DNA of 64,000 nt from a bacterium (GTDB lineage Bacteria; Zhuqueibacterota; Zhuqueibacteria; Residuimicrobiales; Krinioviventaceae). This document shows, one piece after another, positions 1 to 9,280 of the stretch. Position 1 is the stretch's first letter. Each line of letters begins with the position of its first letter. The stretch is from assembly GCA_963675755.2 (NCBI GenBank), contig CAXXMD010000002.1, forward strand, positions 1,216,001 to 1,280,000. Reading direction: 5' to 3'. Position numbers and translations under genes: made by a program. The notes beneath the pieces were generated by a model. The model saw nothing but the letters and a program-made list of their open reading frames with translations. It had not been told where the DNA came from and searched no databases.

Positions 1-351
1 CAAAATTTTATCTCCGTTTTCCGTAGATATATAATGCCCGAGCTGCTGGATACGGAAACACAAATAGTGAAACATAGCAGTGTCCCATCCTCCCCAGCAT
101 TATTGACCAATTATCCCAATCCATTCAACAACAGGACTTGTATAGAGTACAAAGTTATACAAGACAGCCATATTGAACTGACGATCCATGATCAGACGGG
201 AAGATTAGTTGATATATTGTTTAGTGGTTTTAAAAGGCAGGGTAACTACAAACTGGACTGGGATGCTCGACCATATGCCAGCGGTATTTATTTTATAAGC
301 ATTAATAGCAAAACCGGAATTTCAACACATAAAATTCTGTATTTAAAATGA
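1..351 (+). CDS. C-terminal fragment of a secreted protein with T9SS type A/FlgD-Ig-like sorting domain (5'-truncated by window edge)
   Basis: Frame is open from base 1; LLTNYPNPFN...IEY...LTIHDQTGRLVDIL...WDA...SGIYFI...KILYLK is the typical sorting-tail pattern. Confidence 0.85.
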   Translation, partial: QNFISVFRRYIMPELLDTETQIVKHSSVPSSPALLTNYPNPFNNRTCIEYKVIQDSHIELTIHDQTGRLVDILFSGFKRQGNYKLDWDARPYASGIYFISINSKTGISTHKILYLK

Positions 352-401
352 CAGCATTAACTTTTTGTATTTGGTAAATTAAATAATTCAAGGCCCTTAA
401 A

Positions 402-1091
402 TTGGATATTTCGGAAAACAGAGTTGTATCTTCACACAAAACAGGTGCCGAAAATATTATCATGATGCGGCTCCCAACGGATAGATTTCAAACAATAACC
501 TCTTTTTATGACCCTCCTACAGATAAAAAATCTCGTTTTACAGTTGCATTGCTGGCGCAATCCTGTAATCGTGTTATATTTGATAATGATAATACAGGGC
601 CAGGGTATGAAGTCCATTTATGGCTCCAATTGGCATCAATCGATGAAAAAAATCCAATTCAAGACGCAGATTTAAAATTGCCAACAACGCAATGGTTGTC
701 TCTTGCTTGTGCGGCAGAGAATCCATCTGTTCAGCATTATATGCAATCATTTGGAATTCAAACACAAAATCTGAAAAAAATTATATTGCAGGAACAAGGA
801 GGATCAATATTATTTCCGGACAATGGTAGTATAGACTGGAAAATATCCGGTTCCGGGAAAAAACTGCATAAAGTGGATGTTAAGCATGTATTGTTTAATA
901 CGGATGCTAAACCCGGCTCTACAGGTCATCATATTAAAGCTATATTAACAGATGCGGTAATGGAGCAATATGGCAAAGTACATATTCAAACTGCTGCATT
1001 TGAACCGTTTTTAATCAAAGGGGAAAAGATTACAGCATTCATACATCGTACGGGCAAACTGGAAGCAGATATTCTCTGGCAATTACTGTAA
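402..1091 (+). CDS. hypothetical protein
   Basis: 229-aa ORF, co-oriented with the upstream gene and followed by a hairpin; no recognised motif; start uncertain (TTG 402 or a later ATG). Confidence 0.6.
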   Translation: MDISENRVVSSHKTGAENIIMMRLPTDRFQTITSFYDPPTDKKSRFTVALLAQSCNRVIFDNDNTGPGYEVHLWLQLASIDEKNPIQDADLKLPTTQWLSLACAAENPSVQHYMQSFGIQTQNLKKIILQEQGGSILFPDNGSIDWKISGSGKKLHKVDVKHVLFNTDAKPGSTGHHIKAILTDAVMEQYGKVHIQTAAFEPFLIKGEKITAFIHRTGKLEADILWQLL

Positions 1092-1104
1092 TTTTATGAT
1101 CACA

Positions 1105-1157
1105 GTTTCCAAGGCACTACCTTAAAGCTTCCCAAAACCAAAATGTGTTCCCAAGCT
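1105..1157. repeat. degenerate REP-like palindrome copies
   Basis: gtttccaaggcactaccttaaagc (1105-1128) and gttcccaagct (1147-1157) resemble the intact palindrome at 4613-4640. Confidence 0.4.
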
Positions 1158-1174
1158 AGTATATATAAACGAAT

Positions 1175-1214
1175 ATCTGCCTTGTCCGGAATCAATTCGT
1201 ACAAGGCAGATTTT
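1175..1214. terminator. probable bidirectional intrinsic terminator
   Basis: atctgccttgt...acaaggcagat inverted repeat followed by tttt, between convergent genes. Confidence 0.65.
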
Positions 1215-1231
1215 ATAAAATTGTAAACGAC

Positions 1232-3632
1232 CTATTTATTGGCTTTAATCAACGGTTGATCATAAATTGAAGGATAACCGCCGCCCATATTGCGTGCCAA
1301 CCAGAGTCGGTAATCCAGAGAAGTGGTAGCTGTCAAATATTTTTTGGTGATAGGAGTTACCGCTGTTACCACAACAATAGCAGGGCCATCTTTTTCATTT
1401 ACATTAAGCACCAGTTCGTCCCGGAAATCACCATATAAATCAGCAGTCATTCTTAATCCGCTTTTCGGTACAGGATTAGGGATCTCTCCTTCCACAGTAA
1501 TTACATTTTCACCATCATAGTTGCCTAATACTCTGCCACTAGCGCTTAACAGTTCGCGGGTATCGTCTCCATCCCATTCAAAAGGAAGATAACTGAAAGG
1601 CTGAGCTTTTTTCAACAAACGGCCGTCTGCAGAAAACATAGCCAATTTTGCGTCACCATGGCCGGTCCGGGTGCACAAACACTCCATCCCCGGTGAGCCG
1701 TCCCAAATATCTGCCGCCCAGCCGCTATGACCGTGTGACCAGCGTGGATCATCTTCCTTGTTTTCTTTCCAGATGATCTCACCGGTACTGGCATCGCACA
1801 TATACGTTCCGGCATTGATATTATCTTCAATCAGGTACCATACTTCAAGTCCCGGGCGATCAGGTAAAAAGTCGAGAATCTTGACCTTATCCGCATGTCG
1901 TTTGTAGATGGACCAACGTAGCGTTCCATCATTATTCAGACAGGTAGTACCATCAAACACTTCCTGTTTTCCATCACCATCCACATCGCACACTTCAATC
2001 TTGTGTCCACCGCTGCCGTTAGTAGCGCCAGTGCTTTTATATTCCCACAGTTTGTTCAAATTTTGATCAAAAGCCGTGAGTACTTCATTTTCATAGAGCC
2101 CGGTCTGGGTGATCACTGCGGGATGAACACCATCAAGATAACCGATTGATAATTGAATACGGGTAGATGACCGGTAAATATCAGAAATCATTTCGGGCCA
2201 GAGATTTTTAGCCTTTAGCTCGCCTGTCATACCGTCAAGAATAGTGACATAGACCTCGTCGCCAATCTGCATACGGCAAATAACTTCAGCCTTGCCGTCG
2301 CCATCCATATCCCAAACATTAAAGGGCACATTGCTGGCACTGCCCCAACAATGGTCATGCCAACAGACATCTTTGCACCATAAAGAACGTCCATAAGAGG
2401 TAAAGGCTTCTATCTGTACCGGTACCTTGGGATTCTGTGATTGTTCATGATTGCCGTTATAACATCTTGATTACACAATCCAGTACACCATCGCCATCAA
2501 GATCACCAAAAATGGGTACAATCTGGTCCTTGGTGATAGGTTTGAAACGGGCAACAATGGGCAGATATGTCTCCTGATCAGAAACTTTTATATCGGTCCA
2601 ATCCGAATGTTTGCCTTCCTTTCCTTTGCTGTTAACAGAACGAACATAATAATGATAATGTTCTCCGGGTTTTACATCATCATCGATAAAACAGGTACCA
2701 TCTTTGACAGGTGATTTAGTGATGCGAAAACCGTCATGCCGCCGGGAATCACTGCGATATACGTGAAAACCGTCCCCTTGTTTGTCTGTTTCAAGTAACG
2801 CCCAAGAAAGAAAGACGCTTGAAGGGCCGGTTTGAACAACACATGATTTTCGCGGCAAGATCGTCCAGTCTCCAGGATTCGGTTCACGTACCGGCCGGAA
2901 ACCTTTATCAGGACTTTTGATGCCTTGAATGGAACTGTCAGTTCCGCCACAATGCAGATAAATTTCGCCGACAGCCCAGGATCCGCCAGCTAATCCTTCT
3001 TCGAGGCAGCGAGGATCAAGAACACGATATTTAAATCGAATTGCAGAAGCGTCATTCCGATCGTCAACTCCTTGCCAGACATTGCCCATTATATGGTAAA
3101 GGCCGTAACCGTTTTGGTAACCGGATTTAGCGGGTTGGAGCCATTTGTCCCAATCGGGATAGTTTCGTTTGTGATCATGGTTGTAATTGGCAAATTTGGG
3201 AGATGCCATGTCACCCCAGGGGAAAAGCTTGTCAACAAGACCGCCTCTCGAGGCCCATTCAAATTCGGCTGTTGTGGGAAGACGATACAAGCGGCCCTCT
3301 TTGGCTGAGCGCCAGTCCAGATAAGCCAGCATGTCGTAACGGTTTACATAAATAACGGGGTAATCTTTTTTGCCATTGGGGATCTCGCCGTTTTCCCAAT
3401 ACTCAGGCACCGGATAACCGGTATCGTCAGTAAATTCTTTGTACTCGGCATTGGTAATTGTGTGATCAAGAATCTCAAAATCTTCAACTCTGACGGGTAG
3501 TCGTTTTTTATACAAAATACTACCACTTTCAAACTCGGCACCCTTTATGAGCACAAAGTCATCATCAGCCATAACAGCACTAACAAGGAAAAGCAGAAAA
3601 ACCATACTCGTGTAGAATCTTGCTTTCAACAT
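1232..3632 (-). CDS. secreted SUMF1/FGE-like domain + rhamnogalacturonan lyase PL11-like beta-propeller protein, split by a one-base insertion near 2460 (ORFs 2457-3632 and 1232-2329)
   Basis: Signal peptide; ITNAEY, RLPTTAEFEWASRGG, NGYGLYHIMGNVWQ (FGE-like); VFLSWALL...GFHVYRS (PL11 N-terminus); DxDGDG Ca-binding repeats. Removing one T from ATG TTA TAA C gives ATG TAT AAC GGC, read through NGNHEQ...VQIEAFTSYGRSLW into the downstream ORF (about 799 aa). Confidence 0.75.
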
Positions 3633-3794
3633 GGACTCCTTTTGATAAAAGGTAAAAAAATGGGGTGGCTGTCAATTAATACAATGTATTGTTCGTTATT
3701 ATTTAAATAAAAAACTAATTTATGACAATAAAAAGTACAAAATTGTAAACTCGAAAAAAAAGTTATTCTTCATTATTTAAGATCAAACCGTGAT

Positions 3795-3825
3795 CTCACT
3801 CCCAGGCAAAGCCAGGGAAAGAGAA
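3795..3825. repeat. REP-like imperfect palindrome, copy A
   Basis: ctcactcccaggcaaagccagggaaagagaa; 23/26 nt identical to the copy at 4518-4543. Confidence 0.6.
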
Positions 3826-3833
3826 TGAGGAAA

Positions 3834-4463
3834 TTAACCATTCCAGTCTTTTACTGGCCTTATATTATGTTGTAACAACTGATTTGAAAATTCATCAATA
3901 CAATTTAAAATCTGATCAGTTTCAGGAATACTAAAAACAAACTCTAATTCCCTAATTAAAACAATCCCACTCTTATTAGAACGAAAATTATACTTTTGTA
4001 ATAAGTCCTTGAGTGTTGAAATCTCTTTACCACAAAGATCAACAGGAATAGCAATTGTAATATATTTTTTGGAATTATTATAGATAGGAAAAATAGAAAT
4101 AATAAATCCGTTATGAGAGCCTAAATACTGTCGATCCTGTTGTTGATAGCCATATAAATTTAATGCAGTCATTTTAGGATTATTGAATAACCTTTTCTCT
4201 CTTTTTGGTCTGAAAATTTTCTCGTCCAAAAGCAAAATCGATCCTACTAAAATGGATAGTACAAGTGAAAAAATAAATGCAAAACAAAACAGAAAATAAT
4301 CAAAATCATTATGTGATTTAATTATTATTACAATAGTAAACATAATCCATAAAACAATAAAATTCAGTAAATAGAATTGTTTTATATTTTTCCATATTAT
4401 TTTTAATAACGTTTGATTTGTTTGATTTGCTGAAAAAGTAGTTATTTTCAACTCTAATCTCAA
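3834..4463 (-). CDS. hypothetical AT-rich protein with two N-terminal TM segments
   Basis: 209-aa ORF with hydrophobic stretches FYLLNFIVLWIMFTIVIII and FLFCFAFIFSLVLSILVGSILLL; visibly more AT-rich than its neighbours; start uncertain. Confidence 0.55.
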   Translation of the reverse strand: MRLELKITTFSANQTNQTLLKIIWKNIKQFYLLNFIVLWIMFTIVIIIKSHNDFDYFLFCFAFIFSLVLSILVGSILLLDEKIFRPKREKRLFNNPKMTALNLYGYQQQDRQYLGSHNGFIISIFPIYNNSKKYITIAIPVDLCGKEISTLKDLLQKYNFRSNKSGIVLIRELEFVFSIPETDQILNCIDEFSNQLLQHNIRPVKDWNG

Positions 4464-4512
4464 CTAGTTTGAATTTATATCTCAACCTTGGAATCAACAA
4501 ATTGTCATCAAC

Positions 4513-4640
4513 CCCATTCCCAGGCAGAGCCAGGAAAAAAGAACTTTTTTAAATTTCCATTAACAACCTATATATCAGTGTTAATCTGCGTTTATCTGCG
4601 GTTCATTTTTTCTGGTTCCAAGGCTCTGCCTTGGAACCCA
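4513..4640. repeat. cluster of REP-like palindromes and a 10-nt tandem repeat
   Basis: cccattcccaggcagagccaggaaaaaagaa (4513-4543); atcagtgtta/atctgcgttt/atctgcggtt (4574-4603); tggttccaaggctctgccttggaaccca (4613-4640, 11-bp stem). Confidence 0.65.
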
Positions 4641-4750
4641 AGCGTAATGTACTATCACAATTCCAAGAAAAAACAGAAAACAAAAAATCAATCTATCCCG
4701 GCAATTCTTAAAATCATCATTTTACCACGGTTCATTAATGAAATATTTAA

Positions 4751-5892
4751 TTATGTATTTGGCAACACCTCTATCACCGAAACAGGACACGCAATTACGC
4801 ATGCACCACACCCCACACATGCATCTGTTATTATCTCGGGTTTGGCGGAAAAATCTACATTCGATTTTTAATCACCACTGCCTGATAAGAACAGAAATTT
4901 CTGCACTGGTTACATTCTTTTAGTTGTGTCAGCAAGCAATCTTTAACATGGATAACCGCAATACCCATAACATGATTTTTCTTTTCATCTCTGTTAATTC
5001 TTTTCAACGTTCCCGAAGGACATACATCTCCGCAAGCAGTGCATTCCGGCAGGCAATAACCATTCTTAAAGGATACCTGCGGCGTCAAAATCCCAGCGGG
5101 ATCAGATGGATCAAACGAGGATTGTATAATACCCGTTGGACACGCTTTGCCACAATTACCGCAACGAAGGCAGCTTGCCAACAGTTCTGCTTCCGGTAAT
5201 GCAGCAGGCGGGCGGATAACAGTCCTGCGAGTATTTGAAAAAACAGTCCGAATTGAAAATCCTGCCGCAAACCCGGTAATCGCTCCAAGGGCCAATCTTC
5301 TCGAGTGGTTAAAACGGGAATGTTGAGACCGGAAAACCAATCGTTTAAATCGAGTTATCAGGTCCTGCAATCCTCCAAGAGGACAAACCTTGCCGCACCA
5401 GACATAGGGTAAAACAAAATTCAAAAGCAGCAGCAATACGAGTCCGGCAGCTTTGAGGGAAATAACTGAAAACGGTTGGGTTTTAAACGCACTGAAAAAT
5501 GTATTAAAAATAGATATGGGATCCAATAATCCCAAAATGGTTGTCCCTGTCAGGGCCGCAACTATTCCCGCAACTGCTAACGCTTTTCCCAATGCGGGAA
5601 TGTGCTTGACAATTCCCATGCGTCTCCCCCGCTTTGATACCGCATCGCAAAGTGCACCGGTAGGACACATCCAATTACAATACCAGCGATGGCGTACAAA
5701 TGATAGTACCAATACCAGAATCGCAATTAGGTGCAGCCAAACAAAAGCAAATTGCCCAATGACCATTAACAGCATTAAATAGGGACTGGACCACAAATAA
5801 AAACCGCTGAATCCCTTCCATTGCAAAGGTAATGCAAACAAAACTGCAATACCAAAAGAAATCCAACGTACATTATAGGATTTCAACCTCAT
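4751..5892 (-). CDS. membrane 4Fe-4S binding protein (NapH/MauN-like N-half + NapG/MauM-like polyferredoxin), frameshifted at 4865-4869
   Basis: WYCNWMCPTGA and WCGKVCPLGG motifs; IRPPAA; CLRCGNCGKACP, CLPECTACGDVCP, ECNQCRNFC; the last cluster CVGCGACVIACP lies in another frame and is joined by adding one A to the A5 run, stop at 4751. Confidence 0.85.
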
Positions 5893-7214
5893 CCCAGGTT
5901 TGCCTTTTGCTCACGCAACAGCTTTTGTACCTGGGGTACATCCACGGATTTGGCTGTTGTATTGTTTTTGGCAGCAATTGCAGCCGCTGCTCCGGCAGCA
6001 TGCCCGGTAATCAGACAGGTACCAATGATACGTGTATCCTGGAACAGGGATTCTTCAAAATCAAAGCAACGTCCGGCAACAAGTAAATTCTTTGTTTTTG
6101 AAGGGAGTAAAGAACGTAAAGGTATCTGCCATAGGGGCCTTTTTTTCATGGGTACACGTTTTCCCTGGTAAGGAATAGTTGTCCACGCTCCGCTTATGCC
6201 TACAACATCCTTGAATGATTTAAAAGTCATGGAATCCTGAAGGGTTAAACGATATTCTCCATTCAACAATCGGGAGATGCGGGTTCCCAGCTGTGAAGCC
6301 GTATCAAGCACATATAATTTTTCATATCCGGGAGTGGATTTAATCTTTTTAAATGTTTCCCAAATATCTAACCGGTATTGCTGCTGCATGCGAGACAGGT
6401 TCCAGGCATCTAACACATCCTGATGATCACCGGTAGTCATATTTACCCAGTTTACGCCCTCTATGGGAGTCGGTTTGCCAATACTCAACTCTTTATATCC
6501 GGGTTTGGTTTTATCAACCAGATGGGTATTGCCCAGACGATGTACCAGCCCAACCTCATATTTCATGGTACGGTAGGATTCACCAGCAAGATGATAGATG
6601 TCGCCATCACCCGTACAATCCACTATCATTTTTGCTACAATTGCACCTCGCCCTGACTTTGTTTCCACCATCACAGCTTTAATATGTTCATTTTCAACAA
6701 TCACATTACCGGCCCATGCATGATACAACATGCGTACACCGGATTCTTTGATCATCTCTTCCATTACATACTTGCCGGCTTCGGGATCAATAACCGTATT
6801 ATAATCCCGTATTGTCATTCCCATATCGCGCAGTTTTTGTTCAATTTCTCCACCAATGCCATACAAAACGCGTTTAAACTTTCCAGATTCATCAGTTGCA
6901 TGTGTAGATAATAATGGCAGAACCAATCCACCGGTCCATAATCCACCCAGATGGTTATAACGCTCCATAAGGACAACATTAACGCCGGCCCGTCCGGCTG
7001 AGACAGCCGCCGCAACACCAGCAGGCCCTCCTCCTACGACAAGTACATCGGTTGTAGCCAGGATAGGTATATCCCGTGCAGGTTCACGTATAGTATCCGT
7101 TTCTGTGAGTTCCGGGACTTTTGCCTTTTCCGGGGTGTTTTTATCACATCCCGTACTGCTTATAACCGCACCGGCGCCCGCAGCCAAAGTCGTTAAAAAC
7201 CTGCGACGTTTCAT
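5889..7214 (-). CDS. Tat-exported FAD-dependent oxidoreductase (FAD_oxidored family), probable lipoprotein
   Basis: MKRRRFL twin-arginine signal ending in STGC; DVLVVGGGPAGVAAA; VDCTGDGD; IPLRSLLP..NLLVAGRC; 4-nt overlap with the Fe-S gene. Confidence 0.85.
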   Translation of the reverse strand: MKRRRFLTTLAAGAGAVISSTGCDKNTPEKAKVPELTETDTIREPARDIPILATTDVLVVGGGPAGVAAAVSAGRAGVNVVLMERYNHLGGLWTGGLVLPLLSTHATDESGKFKRVLYGIGGEIEQKLRDMGMTIRDYNTVIDPEAGKYVMEEMIKESGVRMLYHAWAGNVIVENEHIKAVMVETKSGRGAIVAKMIVDCTGDGDIYHLAGESYRTMKYEVGLVHRLGNTHLVDKTKPGYKELSIGKPTPIEGVNWVNMTTGDHQDVLDAWNLSRMQQQYRLDIWETFKKIKSTPGYEKLYVLDTASQLGTRISRLLNGEYRLTLQDSMTFKSFKDVVGISGAWTTIPYQGKRVPMKKRPLWQIPLRSLLPSKTKNLLVAGRCFDFEESLFQDTRIIGTCLITGHAAGAAAAIAAKNNTTAKSVDVPQVQKLLREQKANLG

Positions 7215-7290
7215 TTTTCCTCCTCCTGAAATGATTTTTTATTTTTTTAAATTAAGGATTTATTTACAAAAAACAAGCAAGAAACAAAAC

Positions 7291-7319
7291 TTGCATTTTG
7301 AACATATGTTCATTATATT
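7291..7319 (+). promoter_or_regulatory. sigma70-type promoter with operator-like palindrome in the spacer
   Basis: TTGCAT-N17-TATATT; perfect 14-bp palindrome TGAACATATGTTCA at 7299-7312. Confidence 0.7.
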
Positions 7320-7350
7320 GTGCCGCATGAATCATTTAAAAAGGATCAAG

Positions 7351-7815
7351 ATGCCTCGTACAAAAAAACAAAAAATGGTTGAAACACCACCCGTATTTAA
7401 ATCATTCAAACCGGTTGGGATAAAGCGAAGTGAGTTACAACATCTGGCCCTGAATCTGGATGAATATGAAGCCATAAGACTTGCAGATTATATGGGGTTA
7501 GACCATAAAGAAGCTGCAGAAGAAATGGATATTTCACGTCCATCCTTTTCACGTTTAATTGAACAGGCTAGAAACAAACTGGCTACTTTTCTTATTGAAG
7601 GTAAAGCATTGGCCATTGAAGGTGGTAATATTCATTTCAGAGGTAACATATATCAATGTCTACAATGTGATCATATGTTCAATATTAGTATTGAAAACAA
7701 GATGAATGAATGCCCATCTTGCAGTTCCAAGACATTAGTCAATCTGGCTGGTGGCTATGGGCATGGTGAGTGTTGTGTAAAAAATCTTGAACAGGATGAT
7801 GAAAACCATGCATAA
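7351..7815 (+). CDS. DUF134 family putative DNA-binding protein with C-terminal zinc ribbon
   Basis: MPRTKK...FKPVG...LDEYEAIRLADYMGLDHKEAAEEMDISRPSFSRLIEQARNKLA..LIEGKALAIEGG; CLQC/CPSC; AAGGA RBS before ATG 7351. Confidence 0.9.
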   Translation: MPRTKKQKMVETPPVFKSFKPVGIKRSELQHLALNLDEYEAIRLADYMGLDHKEAAEEMDISRPSFSRLIEQARNKLATFLIEGKALAIEGGNIHFRGNIYQCLQCDHMFNISIENKMNECPSCSSKTLVNLAGGYGHGECCVKNLEQDDENHA

Positions 7816-7863
7816 TTTTAACTAACAATATTTCAAAACAAAACGACAAGACTCGAGGAAGTA

Positions 7864-9225
7864 ATGAAAAAGACAGACGTATTGGTAATTGGAAGCAGCG
7901 CAGCAGGTTTGGTTGCAGCAATAACAGCAAAAACAGTTAATCCGGATAAAGATATCACGGTAATCCGTAAGGAAGAAAAAACACTGGTTCCTTGTGGTAT
8001 TCCATATATTTTCGCTTCAGTAGAAAGCAGCGATAATAACATTCTGCCTTCAGACAAAATGTTTCAAGGCGCAGGTGTAAACCTGACAATTGGAAGTGTA
8101 TCATCAATATCTCGTTCTGACAAAAAATGTATTTTGGAAAACGGAGATGAAATAGCATATGATAAACTCGTAATAGCAACGGGATCTACTCCCTCAATTC
8201 CCAAATGGTTAAAAGGCGCGAATTTAAACAATGTATTCACGGTCCCGAAAAACAAAGTATATCTCGATGAAATGCAGGAAAAACTGCAAAGCTGCAATAA
8301 AGTTATCACTATCGGAGCTGGTTTTATTGGCGTTGAATTGTCTGACGAGTTGAACAAAGCTGGCAAAGAAGTAACCCTGGTTGAAAAATTACCACATATA
8401 TTAGGACTGGCATTTGATGAAAAGATTGCAACCAGAGCGGCTACTCTCTTGTCGGAAAGAGGTGTAAATATAAGGACCGGCATTGGTGTAAAAGAAATTG
8501 TTGGTGATAACAAGGTAAGTGGTGTATTGCTTGAAAATGGAGAAACACTTGAGGCAGATGCAGTTGTTTTGGCAATGGGTTGCAAGCCCAACTCTAAATT
8601 AGCTCAGGATGCAGGTTTGCCCATAAGCACAAATGGATTTATCAAAGTAGATGAATATATGCGTACCGAAGACTCGGATATTTTTGCGGTTGGCGATTGT
8701 GCCGAAAAAAGAGATTTTATTACCCGCAAACCCAATTCCGTAATGCTTGCATCAACTGCATGTGCGGAAGCCAGAACAGCCGGAATTAATTTGTACAAAT
8801 TGTCCGTTGTCAAAACCTTTACCGGAACAATATCTATCTTTTCAACAGCAATTGGAGACACAGGGTTTGGTGTTGCCGGGCTGAACGAGTCAAGAGCGAG
8901 AGCAGAAGGATTTGATATCATAACCGGAGAATTTGAAGGTATGGATAAACATCCGGGTACTTTACCGGGCACACAAAAACAATTGGTTAAACTCATCGTT
9001 AGTAGAGAATCCGGAATCATTCTGGGTGGCGAAATTGTTGGTGGATTGTCCGTAGGAGAATTGACCAATACCCTGGGATTCATCATCCAAAACCGGATGG
9101 ATGTAAATGACATTCTGACATCACAAATCGGAACACATCCCCTTTTAACCGCTTCCCCTGCAGGTTATCCCCTGTTAAAAGCAGCTGGTGATGCCGCCAA
9201 AAAGAAAATGGGATTAGCAGCCTAG
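7864..9225 (+). CDS. FAD-dependent pyridine nucleotide-disulfide oxidoreductase (NADH oxidase/CoA-disulfide reductase family)
   Basis: VLVIGSSAAG, single redox Cys in VPCGIPY, IGAGFIGVE, DIFAVGDCAE, THPLLT. Confidence 0.9.
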   Translation: MKKTDVLVIGSSAAGLVAAITAKTVNPDKDITVIRKEEKTLVPCGIPYIFASVESSDNNILPSDKMFQGAGVNLTIGSVSSISRSDKKCILENGDEIAYDKLVIATGSTPSIPKWLKGANLNNVFTVPKNKVYLDEMQEKLQSCNKVITIGAGFIGVELSDELNKAGKEVTLVEKLPHILGLAFDEKIATRAATLLSERGVNIRTGIGVKEIVGDNKVSGVLLENGETLEADAVVLAMGCKPNSKLAQDAGLPISTNGFIKVDEYMRTEDSDIFAVGDCAEKRDFITRKPNSVMLASTACAEARTAGINLYKLSVVKTFTGTISIFSTAIGDTGFGVAGLNESRARAEGFDIITGEFEGMDKHPGTLPGTQKQLVKLIVSRESGIILGGEIVGGLSVGELTNTLGFIIQNRMDVNDILTSQIGTHPLLTASPAGYPLLKAAGDAAKKKMGLAA

Positions 9226-9242
9226 AACCAGAGTTAAAATAT

Positions 9243-9280
9243 ATCGCGATGCAATATACAGTTTGCATCGCGATTTTATT
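9243..9280. terminator. bidirectional intrinsic terminator
   Basis: atcgcgatgcaa-N8-ttgcatcgcgat 12-bp stem with AT-rich flanks between convergent genes. Confidence 0.75.

Noticed and set aside
3795-4640. CRISPR array or integron attC array
   Set aside because: Only 2-4 degenerate copies with irregular spacing, no cas or intI gene, and no clear RYYYAAC/GTTRRRY ends.
4488-4871. 127-aa plus-strand ORF
   Set aside because: Translates the repeat cluster and the antisense of the frameshifted Fe-S tail; no independent coding evidence.
7105-7350. N-terminal extension of the DUF134 ORF
   Set aside because: Overlaps the divergent oxidoreductase and its own promoter; family similarity and the RBS point to ATG 7351.
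8064-9113. Long antisense ORFs here and at 24305-25006, 59722-60270, 60351-60884 and others
   Set aside because: Shadows of well-supported genes on the opposite strand with Ser/Pro/Thr/Ile-rich, motif-free translations.
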